A stretch of DNA of 64,000 nucleotides, taken from NCBI GenBank assembly GCA_015066085.1, contig SVPA01000008.1, positions 448 through 64,447 on the forward strand, given 5' to 3'. The stretch is from Oscillospiraceae bacterium (GTDB taxonomy: Bacteria; Bacillota; Clostridia; Oscillospirales; Acutalibacteraceae). The position numbers and the translations under genes were made by a program. Positions 29,320-38,990 of the stretch are shown piece by piece (the first letter of the stretch is position 1; every line of letters starts with the position of its first letter). Below the pieces are notes generated by a model. It did no database searches. It was not told the DNA's origin and saw nothing but the letters and a program-made list of their open reading frames with translations.

Positions 29320-29859
29320 TTAATTTTCCTTTTTATATGTGGTCACATTTATCTTCCCATAGCGATATCGCTTAAAAACCGAAAAACCGTTAACGCTTTC
29401 GGGAAGAGTAACTTCAAAGGGGTGTTCGCAGATTATAATTCCGAAATCGGACATCTTTTTTGATACGGCTTCAAGCGATTTTTCAAGAAGACCTGCGGCA
29501 TAAGGCGGGTCAAGAAAAGCAATATCAAAGGTTTCTTTTGTAAGCGACAAAAAGGAAAGGGCGTCACTTCTTATAACGGTTGAATTTTCGCCAAAACCAA
29601 CAGAAAAAATATTTTCCTTTAAAACCCTAATAGAATCATTAGATGAGTCAACGAAAACAGATGAAAGAGCGCCTCGGCTTAACGCCTCAAGTCCCATTTG
29701 ACCGCTTCCGGCAAAAAGGTCAAGAAAACGTCTTCCCTCAATATCAAACTGAATTGCACTGAAAATACCTTCTTTTACCTTGTCTGAGGTTGGCCGGACA
29801 TCGCTTCCGGGAAGGGTTTGCAGACGGCGTCCTTTTGCAGTTCCGCTGATTATTCTCAT
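29320..29859 (-). CDS. rsmD: 16S rRNA (guanine966-N2)-methyltransferase
   Basis: MRIISG..KGR.L....G...RPTSD.VKE..F, LDLFAGSG and FLDPPY motifs. Abuts coaD, as in the ylbH-coaD pairs of Firmicutes. Confidence 0.9.
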   Translation of the reverse strand: MRIISGTAKGRRLQTLPGSDVRPTSDKVKEGIFSAIQFDIEGRRFLDLFAGSGQMGLEALSRGALSSVFVDSSNDSIRVLKENIFSVGFGENSTVIRSDALSFLSLTKETFDIAFLDPPYAAGLLEKSLEAVSKKMSDFGIIICEHPFEVTLPESVNGFSVFKRYRYGKINVTTYKKEN

Positions 29860-29950
29860 ATAATATCACCTTATTCCTATATATTATCACATAAAAATAC
29901 TAGTTTTGTCAATAGTATTCTTAATTTTTCATAAAATTACAAAAACTCAT

Positions 29951-29989
29951 AAAAATAAAAACCTTCCGCAGCAGTTGCCACGGAAGGTT
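29951..29989 (-). terminator. Rho-independent terminator after gap
   Basis: Minus strand reads aaccttccg tggcaactgctg cggaaggtt followed by TTTTTATTTTTAT. Confidence 0.75.
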
Positions 29990-30011
29990 AGGTTCTAAAG
30001 TTTTATGCTAA

Positions 30012-31043
30012 TTAAAGTTCAGCAAAATACTTAATGGTGCGAACCATCTGGCTGGTGTAGGAGTTCTCGTTATCATACCAAGAAACAACCTGAACTTCGT
30101 AAAGGTCATCAGCAATTTTAGCGACCATAGTCTGAGTTGCGTCAAAGAGAGAACCAAAACGCATACCAACAACGTCAGAAGAAACGATTTCGTCAGTGTT
30201 GTAGCCGAAAGATTCAGAAGCAGCAGCCTTCATAGCAGCGTTGATACCTTCTTTGGTTACGTCAGCACCCTTAACGACAGCGGTAAGAATGGTGGTAGAA
30301 CCGGTAGCAACGGGAACACGCTGAGCAGAACCGATAAGTTTGCCGTTGAGTTCGGGAATTACAAGGCCGATAGCCTTAGCAGCGCCGGTAGAGTTAGGAA
30401 CGATGTTAGCAGCGCCTGCACGAGCACGACGAAGGTCGCCTTTTCTGTGAGGACCGTCAAGAATCATCTGGTCACCGGTGTAAGCGTGAATAGTGCTCAT
30501 GATACCGCTCTGAATAGGAGCATAATCGTTAAGAGCTTTTGCCATGGGAGCAAGGCAGTTGGTGGTGCAGGAAGCAGCAGAGATGATGGTGTCATCAGCG
30601 GTAAGAGTATCTTCGTTAACGCTGAATACAACGGTCTTGAGGTCGTTGCCTGCGGGAGCAGAAATAACAACCTTTTTAGCGCCTGCATCAATGTGAGCCT
30701 GGCTCTTGTCCTTAGAGCAGTAGAAACCGGTGCATTCGAGAACTACATCGATATCGAGTTCGCCCCAGGGAAGGTCTTTAGCATCTTTTTCAGCATAGAT
30801 TTTGAGGGTTTTGCCGTCAACAGTGATAGTACCTGCTTCGTCATCAGCCTCTACAGTGTGAAGGCCTTCGCCAACTTTACCACAGTAGCCGCCCTGTGCG
30901 GTGTCATACTTTAAAAGATGAGCAAGCATAGAGGGTTTGGTAAGGTCGTTGATAGCTACTACATCGTAACCTTCAGCACCGAACATTTGACGGAAAGCAA
31001 GACGACCGATACGGCCGAATCCGTTAATTGCAACTTTAACCAT
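30012..31043 (-). CDS. gap: Glyceraldehyde-3-phosphate dehydrogenase (type I)
   Basis: [13 protein letters not shown], active site [10 protein letters not shown], and WYDNE near the C-terminus. Confidence 0.95.
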   Translation of the reverse strand: MVKVAINGFGRIGRLAFRQMFGAEGYDVVAINDLTKPSMLAHLLKYDTAQGGYCGKVGEGLHTVEADDEAGTITVDGKTLKIYAEKDAKDLPWGELDIDVVLECTGFYCSKDKSQAHIDAGAKKVVISAPAGNDLKTVVFSVNEDTLTADDTIISAASCTTNCLAPMAKALNDYAPIQSGIMSTIHAYTGDQMILDGPHRKGDLRRARAGAANIVPNSTGAAKAIGLVIPELNGKLIGSAQRVPVATGSTTILTAVVKGADVTKEGINAAMKAAASESFGYNTDEIVSSDVVGMRFGSLFDATQTMVAKIADDLYEVQVVSWYDNENSYTSQMVRTIKYFAEL

Positions 31044-31234
31044 TGGAAAATTCCTCCTAAAAAATATAGTTTGCCTATCTATTGTAACCTAAAATAAGCA
31101 ATTTTGCAAGATGTTCGTTTAAAATTTAACAAATTTTTTCGCTTTTTTAAGTATTTTGGAACTTATAACTATTAAAGGGGGTAAAAAATAAAAGTTTTTA
31201 TACCTTTTAACATACAAAAAGAGTATTTTTGCAT

Positions 31235-32821
31235 TTAATTTGAATTTAAATTTCTAATTACAGCCTCGGCGCACTTAATTCCGTCAACCGCCGCCGACAT
31301 AATTCCACCCGCATATCCTGCACCCTCTCCGCAAGGATAAAGACCTTTAACGCTGACAGAATTAAATTCATCATTCCTCACAATTCGAACAGGGGAGGAA
31401 CTTCTGGTTTCGGGCGCAACAAGCACAGAACCGCCCTCAAAACCGCAAATTTTCTTACTTAAAAGCGGAATACCTTCTTTAAGTGACGAATTTATAAAAT
31501 CGGGGAAAATTTCTGAAATTTCTGAAAATACACCTTGAGGTTTTATGGAAGGGCAAATGCTTGGAGTTTGATTGTCGCCGTAAAGATATCCGTTGACGGT
31601 CTGGATAGGAACCCCTTTTCCTTTTGTCAGTTTGTATGCGTTTTGTTCAAGTTTTCTTTGAAAGCGAACCCCCTCAAGAACGTCATCACCCTCAAGGTCA
31701 CAAGGCAGCACTTCGGTAAGAATTGCACTGTTAGCATTTTTCGAATTACGAGCCGAGTAACTCATTCCGTTAACCGCAATACCGTTTTCTTCGCTTGAAG
31801 CGTTAACAACTTCTCCTCCCGGGCACATACAAAAGGTATAAACCCCTCTGCCCGACGGGAGATGAACGGCAAGTTTATAGTCGGCAGAACCAAGTGCTTT
31901 ATGGTTTGCAAAACTACCGTATAAAAATTCATTTAAATCTTTTTGACTGTGTTCAATTCTCATTCCAACTGCAAAAGGCTTTCTTATCATCTCAACATTA
32001 TTTTTTATGAGCATATCAAAGGTATCCCTTGCAGAATGGCCTATTGCCAGAATAAGACTGGAACAAAAAAGAGTATAGGTTTCGCCTGAACTTGTTATTT
32101 CGGCTGAAACGAGTTTGCCGTTTTTGAAGTTGATTTTTTCAAGACGGCTTGAAAATCTTACCTGGCCACCAAGGGCAATAATTTCCTCTCGGATATTCTT
32201 TATAACCGTTGCAAGAATATCGGTGCCAATGTGAGGTTTAGCGTCCGTCAGAATATTTTTTTGAGCCCCGTTTTCGCAGAAAAGCCTTAAAACTTCTTTC
32301 TGTCTGGGGTCTTTAGTCCCTGTGGTAAGTTTTCCGTCGGAGAATGCACCCGCACCTCCCTCACCGAACTGAACGTTAGATTCAGGATTAAGTTTTCCGC
32401 CGTTCCAAAAATCAAAAACATCTTCAGTGCGAGAAGCAACGTCCTTACCCCTTTCAATAACGATAGGACAAAGACCTGCCTTTGCTAATGTGTATGCGGC
32501 AAATATTCCCGCAGGACCAAAACCGACGACAAGCGGTTTTTCAAAAACATCTTTTTTACACTTTTCGTATTTGTAAGGATTTTCGTTAAAAATCTGACTG
32601 TTTTTAATTTTCTTTATGGCTTGTTGCTCATTATTTAAAACTTCAACTATAACCGAGCAACAGAAATGAACTTTATCTTTATGTCTTGCATCGACAGATT
32701 TTCTGTAAAGTCTTGCACTCGTCAGATTTACATTTTTAAAGGCATTGTGTTGCCTGAGTTCTTTCAGCAGATTATCAAAATCTGTGTCTAGCGACAGATT
32801 TATATTGTTTACGAGAATCAT
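31235..32821 (-). CDS. Uncharacterised FAD-dependent dehydrogenase (COG2509-like)
   Basis: Dinucleotide-binding GFGPAGIFAAYTLAKAG and C-terminal YPCGEGAGYAGGI. 528 aa. Confidence 0.7.
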   Translation of the reverse strand: MILVNNINLSLDTDFDNLLKELRQHNAFKNVNLTSARLYRKSVDARHKDKVHFCCSVIVEVLNNEQQAIKKIKNSQIFNENPYKYEKCKKDVFEKPLVVGFGPAGIFAAYTLAKAGLCPIVIERGKDVASRTEDVFDFWNGGKLNPESNVQFGEGGAGAFSDGKLTTGTKDPRQKEVLRLFCENGAQKNILTDAKPHIGTDILATVIKNIREEIIALGGQVRFSSRLEKINFKNGKLVSAEITSSGETYTLFCSSLILAIGHSARDTFDMLIKNNVEMIRKPFAVGMRIEHSQKDLNEFLYGSFANHKALGSADYKLAVHLPSGRGVYTFCMCPGGEVVNASSEENGIAVNGMSYSARNSKNANSAILTEVLPCDLEGDDVLEGVRFQRKLEQNAYKLTKGKGVPIQTVNGYLYGDNQTPSICPSIKPQGVFSEISEIFPDFINSSLKEGIPLLSKKICGFEGGSVLVAPETRSSSPVRIVRNDEFNSVSVKGLYPCGEGAGYAGGIMSAAVDGIKCAEAVIRNLNSN

Positions 32822-34059
32822 TTTTTTACCTCTGCAAATTCAGCAGCAGACCTTGCTGCAACCATACCGCTCGTCCAAGCCCAAGCAAGATTAAATCCTC
32901 CGCAGTCCCCGTCAATATCTAAAAGTTCTCCGCAGGCAAAAAAACCGGGATATTTTTTCGACATAAGGGAGTCAGGGTTGAACTCATCGGTGGAAATGCC
33001 ACCTGCGCTGACCTGTGAATTTACAAACCCGGTATTTCCCGTAACCTTGAATTTAAAACATTTTAGTGCGTCAGCAAGATTATTTGCTGTCTTTTGGTCG
33101 ATAATCGAAACACTGTCGCTTAGTTTAAGGCCAATATATTTCATGACAACCTGACCCAACCGCTTGTTAAGCATACCCGTAAAGAAGTCCTCTGTTTTTC
33201 GGTAGGACAGATTTTGTGCTCTTGAAATAAGAATTTTACAAAGTTCTTCTTTTTCAGTGTCGGGGAAAAGGTCAAGTGCAATTTCGTGTTTTAAATCTTG
33301 TCTAAACGCCCCTCTTGATATGTTCATTATTGCGGGGCCGGAAAGTCCGTAATCGCAGAAAAGCACCTCGCCGAATTCTGACTTTACGGGTTGGTCGTTT
33401 CTTAAAAGGGTTGCACTTGCTAAAGTTTTAATCCCTTTAAGTTGTTTTACATAATCGGTTTGGGTCTTAACCTGAACAATAGACGGAGTAATCTTAACCG
33501 TTTTAAAGCCGTTACTCTTTAGTATCCTATAAAAACTGCCGTCGCTTCCAAGTCTTTCTCCGCCCGAATATAGTCCCGTACAGGCAATAACCGTTTTTGC
33601 GGTAATGATTCCGCTTTGAGAGAAAAGTTTAAAATCTTTAGAAAACTTAATGTCGTCAATTTTGCAGTTGCAGATTGTCTTTACTCCAAGTCGGTCACAT
33701 TCAAATCTTAAGCAGTCAACAACAGACGAAGCCTGTAAAGAAGAGGGAAAGCCTTTATTTTCTTCGAAAACAAAAGGAACACCTACGCTCGAAAAGAACT
33801 CTTCAATAGTTTTGTTTCCGTCTTCTCCCATAACCTTCATAGCAAACTCAACCGATTCTCCGTGGAAACGGTCAGCCGATAGGTTTCGATTGGTAAGATT
33901 ACATCTGCCGTTTCCCGTAGTAATCAGTTTTTTTCCAACTCGGTCGAGGGCCTCGAATATATACACTTCTGATGAGGGGGAAATTCGTTTGGCTGTAATT
34001 GCGGCGGCAAGGCCCGAAGCACCCCCGCCAATTATGGCTATATCAGCAAAAAAATTCAT
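32818..34059 (-). CDS. NAD(P)/FAD-dependent oxidoreductase, HI0933/BaiN-like family
   Basis: IIGGGASGLAAAI near the N-terminus, GNGRCNLTN, and C-terminal GELLDIDG.CGG.NL.WA. 4-nt overlap with the upstream gene. Confidence 0.78.
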   Translation of the reverse strand: MNFFADIAIIGGGASGLAAAITAKRISPSSEVYIFEALDRVGKKLITTGNGRCNLTNRNLSADRFHGESVEFAMKVMGEDGNKTIEEFFSSVGVPFVFEENKGFPSSLQASSVVDCLRFECDRLGVKTICNCKIDDIKFSKDFKLFSQSGIITAKTVIACTGLYSGGERLGSDGSFYRILKSNGFKTVKITPSIVQVKTQTDYVKQLKGIKTLASATLLRNDQPVKSEFGEVLFCDYGLSGPAIMNISRGAFRQDLKHEIALDLFPDTEKEELCKILISRAQNLSYRKTEDFFTGMLNKRLGQVVMKYIGLKLSDSVSIIDQKTANNLADALKCFKFKVTGNTGFVNSQVSAGGISTDEFNPDSLMSKKYPGFFACGELLDIDGDCGGFNLAWAWTSGMVAARSAAEFAEVKK

Positions 34060-34067
34060 TATATCTC

Positions 34068-34643
34068 CTAAAATTTAAAGATTATTCCGGCAGCGGCACC
34101 GATTGCAATATATATAATCGGGTGCTTTTTAAATTTTAAAATTCCAAAAAGTAAAAGCCCGAAAAGAGCAACTGCTTTAAGGTCGAAAAACTCTAAAAGG
34201 GAAGTTCCCGCAAAATTAAAAAACAAAGGGGTCATCATAGAGATAAGCGACACAGCAAGTAGACCTATTGTAGCGGGTCTAAGGCAGAAAAAGGTTTTCT
34301 CAACCAAACTGCTCTGGCGGAATTTCTGTAAAAACCCTGCGATTATCATAATGATTACAAGACTTGGAAGAACAAGTGCGGTTGTTGCAATCAATGCTCC
34401 GAAAATGCCGCCTAAAATACCATACTCTTCAACGCCCGATGTATATCCTACATAGGTTGCCATATTTATTCCGATAGGACCCGGGGTAGACTCCGAAACG
34501 GCTATCATATTAGAAAGTTCTTCGGCATCAAACCAATTATAGTTTTCTGCCATTTTCATAAGAAAAGGAATGGTAGCAAGGCCGCCGCCAACGGCAAAAA
34601 GCCCTGTTTTAAAAAATTCCCAAAAAATTAGCAAGAAGGTCAT
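34068..34643 (-). CDS. Chromate transporter family protein (short-chain CHR, second half)
   Basis: F.KTGLFA.GGG.A..P motif, polytopic, 191 aa. 4-nt overlap with its partner gene. Confidence 0.78.
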   Translation of the reverse strand: MTFLLIFWEFFKTGLFAVGGGLATIPFLMKMAENYNWFDAEELSNMIAVSESTPGPIGINMATYVGYTSGVEEYGILGGIFGALIATTALVLPSLVIIMIIAGFLQKFRQSSLVEKTFFCLRPATIGLLAVSLISMMTPLFFNFAGTSLLEFFDLKAVALFGLLLFGILKFKKHPIIYIAIGAAAGIIFKF

Positions 34644-35212
34644 TTTACTGCCTCCTTTACTTTCTTTTTGTCTTGAATTTTATCCAAAAAGTATTTGGCT
34701 AAAACTCCAACTATTGCAGCAACGATAATAACAATAATAGGTGATGCGTCAAGGAAAAATGAAGCCAGAAAGGAAGCAAGAGCAATGCCTACGGTAAAAG
34801 CATCTTTTATACCGCTTTTAACAAGTTTTAAAATTGCCTGAACAATAAGGGCACATACAGCGACGGAAACTCCCGCAAATGCGTTTTTAACAATTTCGTT
34901 TCCTGCAACAAATCCTAAAACCGTGGCTAAAAGGGTAATTATAATCAGTGAAGGAGTAACCACACCAATGGTTGCAAAAATACCGCCTAAAATACCCTTG
35001 CGCTTAAATCCGATAAAGGTTGCGGTATTAACCGCAATAATTCCGGGGGTGCATTGTCCAACCGCGAAATAATCCATAATTTCGTCCATAGTAACATAAT
35101 TGCGTTTTTCAGCGAGTTCGCGCTCTAATATCGGAAGCATAGCGTATCCGCCGCCAAAGGTCATAATTCCAATTTTGAAAAAAAGACCGAAAAGATTAAA
35201 AAGTTCTTTCAT
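34640..35212 (-). CDS. Chromate transporter family protein (short-chain CHR, first half)
   Basis: FFKIGIMTFGGGYAMLP motif, polytopic, 190 aa. Confidence 0.78.
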   Translation of the reverse strand: MKELFNLFGLFFKIGIMTFGGGYAMLPILERELAEKRNYVTMDEIMDYFAVGQCTPGIIAVNTATFIGFKRKGILGGIFATIGVVTPSLIIITLLATVLGFVAGNEIVKNAFAGVSVAVCALIVQAILKLVKSGIKDAFTVGIALASFLASFFLDASPIIVIIVAAIVGVLAKYFLDKIQDKKKVKEAVK

Positions 35213-35904
35213 TATGAGTTCCTTTCAATGTTTAAAAGAGTAGCAGTGTTATCATTTACTTTAAATGAAACGGTCAGCCCCTCAAAGTCAAGTTTATAAA
35301 TTCTTTCGGGGTCATTTTGATAGGCGGGTCTGGGGTCTTGAGCAATGATTTCGGTAATGTTTTGCAAAAAAGCGTCATCATTTTTCTTTTTGATTTCGTC
35401 AGGTATAATAACTTCAAGCAGAATCCTTTTAACGCTTCCCGTAAAACCGTCTGATGCGTCAGGCTTACAGTCTGCGTAAGGAATATACGGTTTTATATCA
35501 TAAATCGGGGTTTTGTCTAAAAGGTCAGCCCCTGAAACGTGAAGAACGGGTCCCAACTTTTCGTCCATTTCAATTTTGTCAAGTTTAACACATGAAAGGC
35601 CCAAAGGATTAGGTCTGAAAGGCGAACGGGTTGCAAAAACGCCCGTGCGCTTGTTCCCGCCAAGTCTTGGAGGACGAACGGTAGGGGACCATTCGTCGCG
35701 CACTGCCTCACTAAACTGCCAGATAAGCCAGATGTGCGAAAAGCCCTCTAAATCTCTGAAGGCTTCTTTTACTCTGTATTCAGGCTCAAAAACAATTTTC
35801 GCTTTAACCGAACCGCAAAGTCCGCTTTGCCTTGGAATTCCGAATTTTTCGGAAAACCCGTTTCTAATTTCGGCAATTTTTTCAACCGTAAAAGTGTCCT
35901 TCAT
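35212..35904 (-). CDS. trmO: tRNA (N6-threonylcarbamoyladenosine(37)-N6)-methyltransferase TrmO (TsaA/YaeB family)
   Basis: IPRQSG, FSH.WLIW.F, RPPRLGG...GVFATRSP.RPNP.GLS and D..PI.DIKPY motifs. I placed the start at the ATG at 35904, after aagggtg. Confidence 0.85.
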   Translation of the reverse strand: MKDTFTVEKIAEIRNGFSEKFGIPRQSGLCGSVKAKIVFEPEYRVKEAFRDLEGFSHIWLIWQFSEAVRDEWSPTVRPPRLGGNKRTGVFATRSPFRPNPLGLSCVKLDKIEMDEKLGPVLHVSGADLLDKTPIYDIKPYIPYADCKPDASDGFTGSVKRILLEVIIPDEIKKKNDDAFLQNITEIIAQDPRPAYQNDPERIYKLDFEGLTVSFKVNDNTATLLNIERNS

Positions 35905-36055
35905 TTTGCACACCCTTATTTACTATAAAATATTATACTGAATTTAGTATAATATTCGCAACTTGAAAAATCAATAATAATTTGGCAAAACAGGGTAGAA
36001 ATAACGGTTTAATTGTGATACAATGAAAAACAATGTATAAAAATCGGAGGGAATT

Positions 36056-37435
36056 ATGCAAAGAGAGAAACTGGGCTCAAGACTTGGATTTATTTTGCTT
36101 AGTGCTGGTTGTGCGATAGGAATAGGGAATGTTTGGAAGTTCCCTTGGATGGTAGGAGAGTACGGCGGAGGCGCCTTTGTTTTGCTCTATGCCCTCTTTT
36201 TGATTGTTATGGGCGTTCCGGTAATGACAATGGAGTTTGCTTTGGGACGTGCTTCAAGGAAAAGTCCTATTGACCTTTACCGCCCTATTGAACCTAAAGG
36301 AACCAAATGGCATCTTCACGGATATGGAATGTTTGCGGGTCTAATAATTCTTATGATGTTCTATACCTCTGTGGCGGGTTGGATGCTTAAATATTTTCTC
36401 TTAATGGTATCGGGCAAGTTTGTTGGAATTAGCGATACTGCCGTTAATGAAACCTTCTTGTCTATGCTATCGAGTCCTTTTGAGATGATTTGCTTTACCT
36501 TCTTGGTAATTATCGCAGGTTTTCTTGTTTGTTCTTTCAGCCTTCAAAAAGGGCTTGAACGTGTTTCAAAATATATGATGATAGTTCTGCTGGTAATAAT
36601 GGTAGCCCTTGCGGTTTACAGTATTTTTTTACCCGGGGGAAAAGAAGGAATCAAATTTTATCTTGTTCCCGATTTAACTAAAATGGACACCGTTTCCGAG
36701 TTTGGGAGGGTGGCTTCGGGCGCTATGCAACAAGCCTTCTTCACTCTTTCACTCGGTATCGGTTCAATGGCAATTTTCGGCAGTTATTTTGGTAAAGAAC
36801 GCTCTTTGTTTGGCGAATCTGTTAATATTGCAATTCTTGATACCTTTGTTGCAATAACCTCGGGTCTTATTATTTTCCCCGCGTGTTTTGCTTTCGGCGT
36901 TGAGGTTGATAACGGACCTGCTTTGATTTTTATGACCTTGCCCCGTGTGTTTAATAATATTGCGCAGCCTTTTGGACAGATTGTGGGAAGTTTGTTCTTT
37001 ATCTTCCTGTTCTTTGCCGCTTTTACAACGGTTATTGCTGTTTTTCAGGCAATCGTCGCCTGTTGTCAGGAAAAGTTTCTTTGGTCAAAGAAAAAGACTT
37101 GTTTTATCTGTTGTATATCAATGATGGCTCTTTCTCTGCCTTGCGTCTTCGGTTTTCTTACTTCGTTTGATTTTCTCGGAAAAAGTTGGCAGGTACTGGA
37201 TATTGAAGATTTCATCGTTTCAAACCTATTGATTCCAATCGGTTCGATAATAATAGTGCTTTTCTGCACTATCAAACGCCATGGTTGGGGTTTTGAAAAT
37301 TTTAGAAACGAAGCCAATACAGGAAAAGGTCTTAAAATTGCAAAATGGATGAAACCCTACTTCCTCTATGTACTTCCAATAATAGTGGTTGCAGTCTTTG
37401 TTTTAAGTTTGCTTAGTTTCTTTAAGATAATTTAG
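36056..37435 (+). CDS. Sodium-dependent transporter, neurotransmitter:sodium symporter (SNF) family
   Basis: LGFILLSAGCAIGIGNVWKFPW signature, about 11-12 TM. Confidence 0.85.
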   Translation: MQREKLGSRLGFILLSAGCAIGIGNVWKFPWMVGEYGGGAFVLLYALFLIVMGVPVMTMEFALGRASRKSPIDLYRPIEPKGTKWHLHGYGMFAGLIILMMFYTSVAGWMLKYFLLMVSGKFVGISDTAVNETFLSMLSSPFEMICFTFLVIIAGFLVCSFSLQKGLERVSKYMMIVLLVIMVALAVYSIFLPGGKEGIKFYLVPDLTKMDTVSEFGRVASGAMQQAFFTLSLGIGSMAIFGSYFGKERSLFGESVNIAILDTFVAITSGLIIFPACFAFGVEVDNGPALIFMTLPRVFNNIAQPFGQIVGSLFFIFLFFAAFTTVIAVFQAIVACCQEKFLWSKKKTCFICCISMMALSLPCVFGFLTSFDFLGKSWQVLDIEDFIVSNLLIPIGSIIIVLFCTIKRHGWGFENFRNEANTGKGLKIAKWMKPYFLYVLPIIVVAVFVLSLLSFFKII

Positions 37436-37449
37436 TTCAGGAGAAAACC

Positions 37450-38883
37450 ATGGAACAGTTTGAAAAAATATTAACATCAATTGATGATGTTGTTTGGGGT
37501 CCTATACTCATTATACTAATAATGGCGGTCGGACTTTGGTTAACCTTTAAAACACGATTAGTTCAGGTTTTCCACCTTCCTCGTGCCCTAAAATGCATAT
37601 TTAAAGAAGAAGAAGGCGCAAAGGGTGAGGTTTCTTCCTTTGGCGCTCTTTGTACCGCCCTTTCGGCAACAATCGGAACGGGTAATATCGTAGGCGTTGC
37701 AACGGCTATTGTAGCCGGTGGTCCCGGAGCACTTTTCTGGATGGTTCTTGCCGCTTTCTTTGGTATGGCTACCAAATATGCCGAAGGACTGCTTGCCGTT
37801 AAATACCGCACAATAGATAACGAAGGTCATGCGCTTGGAGGTCCTTTTTACTACATAGAAAAAGGTATGGGCAAAGGTTGGAAATGGCTTGCGTGCTTAT
37901 TTGCAACCTTCGGTGTTGGTGCCGGACTTTTCGGTATCGGAACCTTTACACAGGTTCAGAGTGTAACCTCGGCAATTAAAAACTTTTTCGACCCTGAAGG
38001 AACAAATATTGCTTTCGAACTCTTTGGAAACAAATATAGTTGGGCTGTTGTAATCGGCGGTTTAATAATAACCGTAGCCGCTGCCCTTGTAATTATCGGC
38101 GGAATAAAAAGAATTTCCAAGGTGTCGGAACTTGTAGTTCCCTCTATGGCGGTTATATATGTTCTTCTTTGCGTTATACTCCTTGTTTGCAATATCACAA
38201 AAATTCCTGCCGCCATTGTTGTAATTTTGGAAAGTGCTTTTGGTCTTCGTGCTGTTGCGGGAGGAGTCCTTGGTGCAATTATTCTAGCAATGCAAAAGGG
38301 CGTTGCCCGTGGTATCTTCTCTAATGAAGCGGGTCTTGGTTCCGCTCCTATTGCCGCTGCAGCCGCTCAAACAAAAGAGCCCGTTCGACAGGGCCTTGTT
38401 ACAATGACAGGTACCTTTATAGATACTATCGTGATTTGCTCTTGTACAGGTCTTGCTATAGTTCTAACGGGAGCCTGGGATACAGGCCTTGAAGGCATCG
38501 CTGTTACTACCTATGCCTTCCAAAGCGGAATTCCCTTTATTTCGGCGGAGTTTGCCTCTTTTGCTTTAATGTTGTGTCTTATCTTCTTCGCCTTTACAAC
38601 CATTCTCGGTTGGGACTATTATAGCGAACGCTGTCTTGAATATCTTACCGGCGGCAAAAAATGGGCAGTTCAGGTCTTCCGTTGGATATATATTGCTGCC
38701 GTATTTGTAGGCCCATATATGACTTTGAGCGCGGTTTGGACAATGGCAGATATTTTTAACGGACTTATGGCTTTTCCGAATATTATTGCACTCTTAGCCT
38801 TAAGCGGAGTTGTAGCAAAGGAAACAAAGAGTTATTTTGACCGTCAAAAACCGGGCGAAATTCTAAAGAAAAAGCAAAAATAA
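37450..38883 (+). CDS. Alanine/glycine:cation symporter (AGCS) family
   Basis: S.F.ALCTALSATIGTGNIVGVATAI..GGPGA.FWM signature. 14 nt downstream of the SNF gene. Confidence 0.88.
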   Translation: MEQFEKILTSIDDVVWGPILIILIMAVGLWLTFKTRLVQVFHLPRALKCIFKEEEGAKGEVSSFGALCTALSATIGTGNIVGVATAIVAGGPGALFWMVLAAFFGMATKYAEGLLAVKYRTIDNEGHALGGPFYYIEKGMGKGWKWLACLFATFGVGAGLFGIGTFTQVQSVTSAIKNFFDPEGTNIAFELFGNKYSWAVVIGGLIITVAAALVIIGGIKRISKVSELVVPSMAVIYVLLCVILLVCNITKIPAAIVVILESAFGLRAVAGGVLGAIILAMQKGVARGIFSNEAGLGSAPIAAAAAQTKEPVRQGLVTMTGTFIDTIVICSCTGLAIVLTGAWDTGLEGIAVTTYAFQSGIPFISAEFASFALMLCLIFFAFTTILGWDYYSERCLEYLTGGKKWAVQVFRWIYIAAVFVGPYMTLSAVWTMADIFNGLMAFPNIIALLALSGVVAKETKSYFDRQKPGEILKKKQK

Positions 38884-38895
38884 AAAAAATTATAC

Positions 38896-38930
38896 AAGCA
38901 CGGGAAATCTAAATTTCCGTGCTTATTTTA
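38896..38930 (+). terminator. Rho-independent terminator after the AGCS gene
   Basis: aagcacgggaaat / atttccgtgctt (one bulge), followed by ATTTTATT. Confidence 0.7.
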
Positions 38931-38959
38931 TTGAAATTATATAAATTTAAGTGTATAAT
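38931..38959 (+). promoter_or_regulatory. Sigma-A promoter of the MATE gene (TTGAAA-17-TATAAT)
   Basis: ttgaaa at 38931-38936, a 17-nt spacer, tataat at 38954-38959. Confidence 0.6.
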
Positions 38960-38990
38960 AAAAGTAATGAGTTTATCTGAGGGTGAGCGA

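Noticed and set aside
34068-35212. The split chromate transporter as a frameshifted pseudogene
   Set aside because: The two halves are about 190 aa each, both begin with their own CHR motif (F.K.G...FGGG.A..P), and they overlap by 4 nt. This is the known arrangement of paired short-chain CHR genes rather than a disrupted long gene.
35931-35954. Perfect 9-bp inverted repeat tattatact-gaattt-agtataata between trmO and the SNF transporter gene, considered as an operator or terminator
   Set aside because: The stem is entirely A/T, so it would be very weak as a terminator. The palindrome is most simply explained by two back-to-back TATAAT-like -10 boxes of divergent promoters, and nothing else supports a regulatory site.
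38919-38990. ORF-track start of the first MATE gene at 38919
   Set aside because: That segment contains the AGCS terminator stem and a TTGAAA-17-TATAAT promoter. The ATG at 38991, with an upstream gagggtga RBS, is the credible start.
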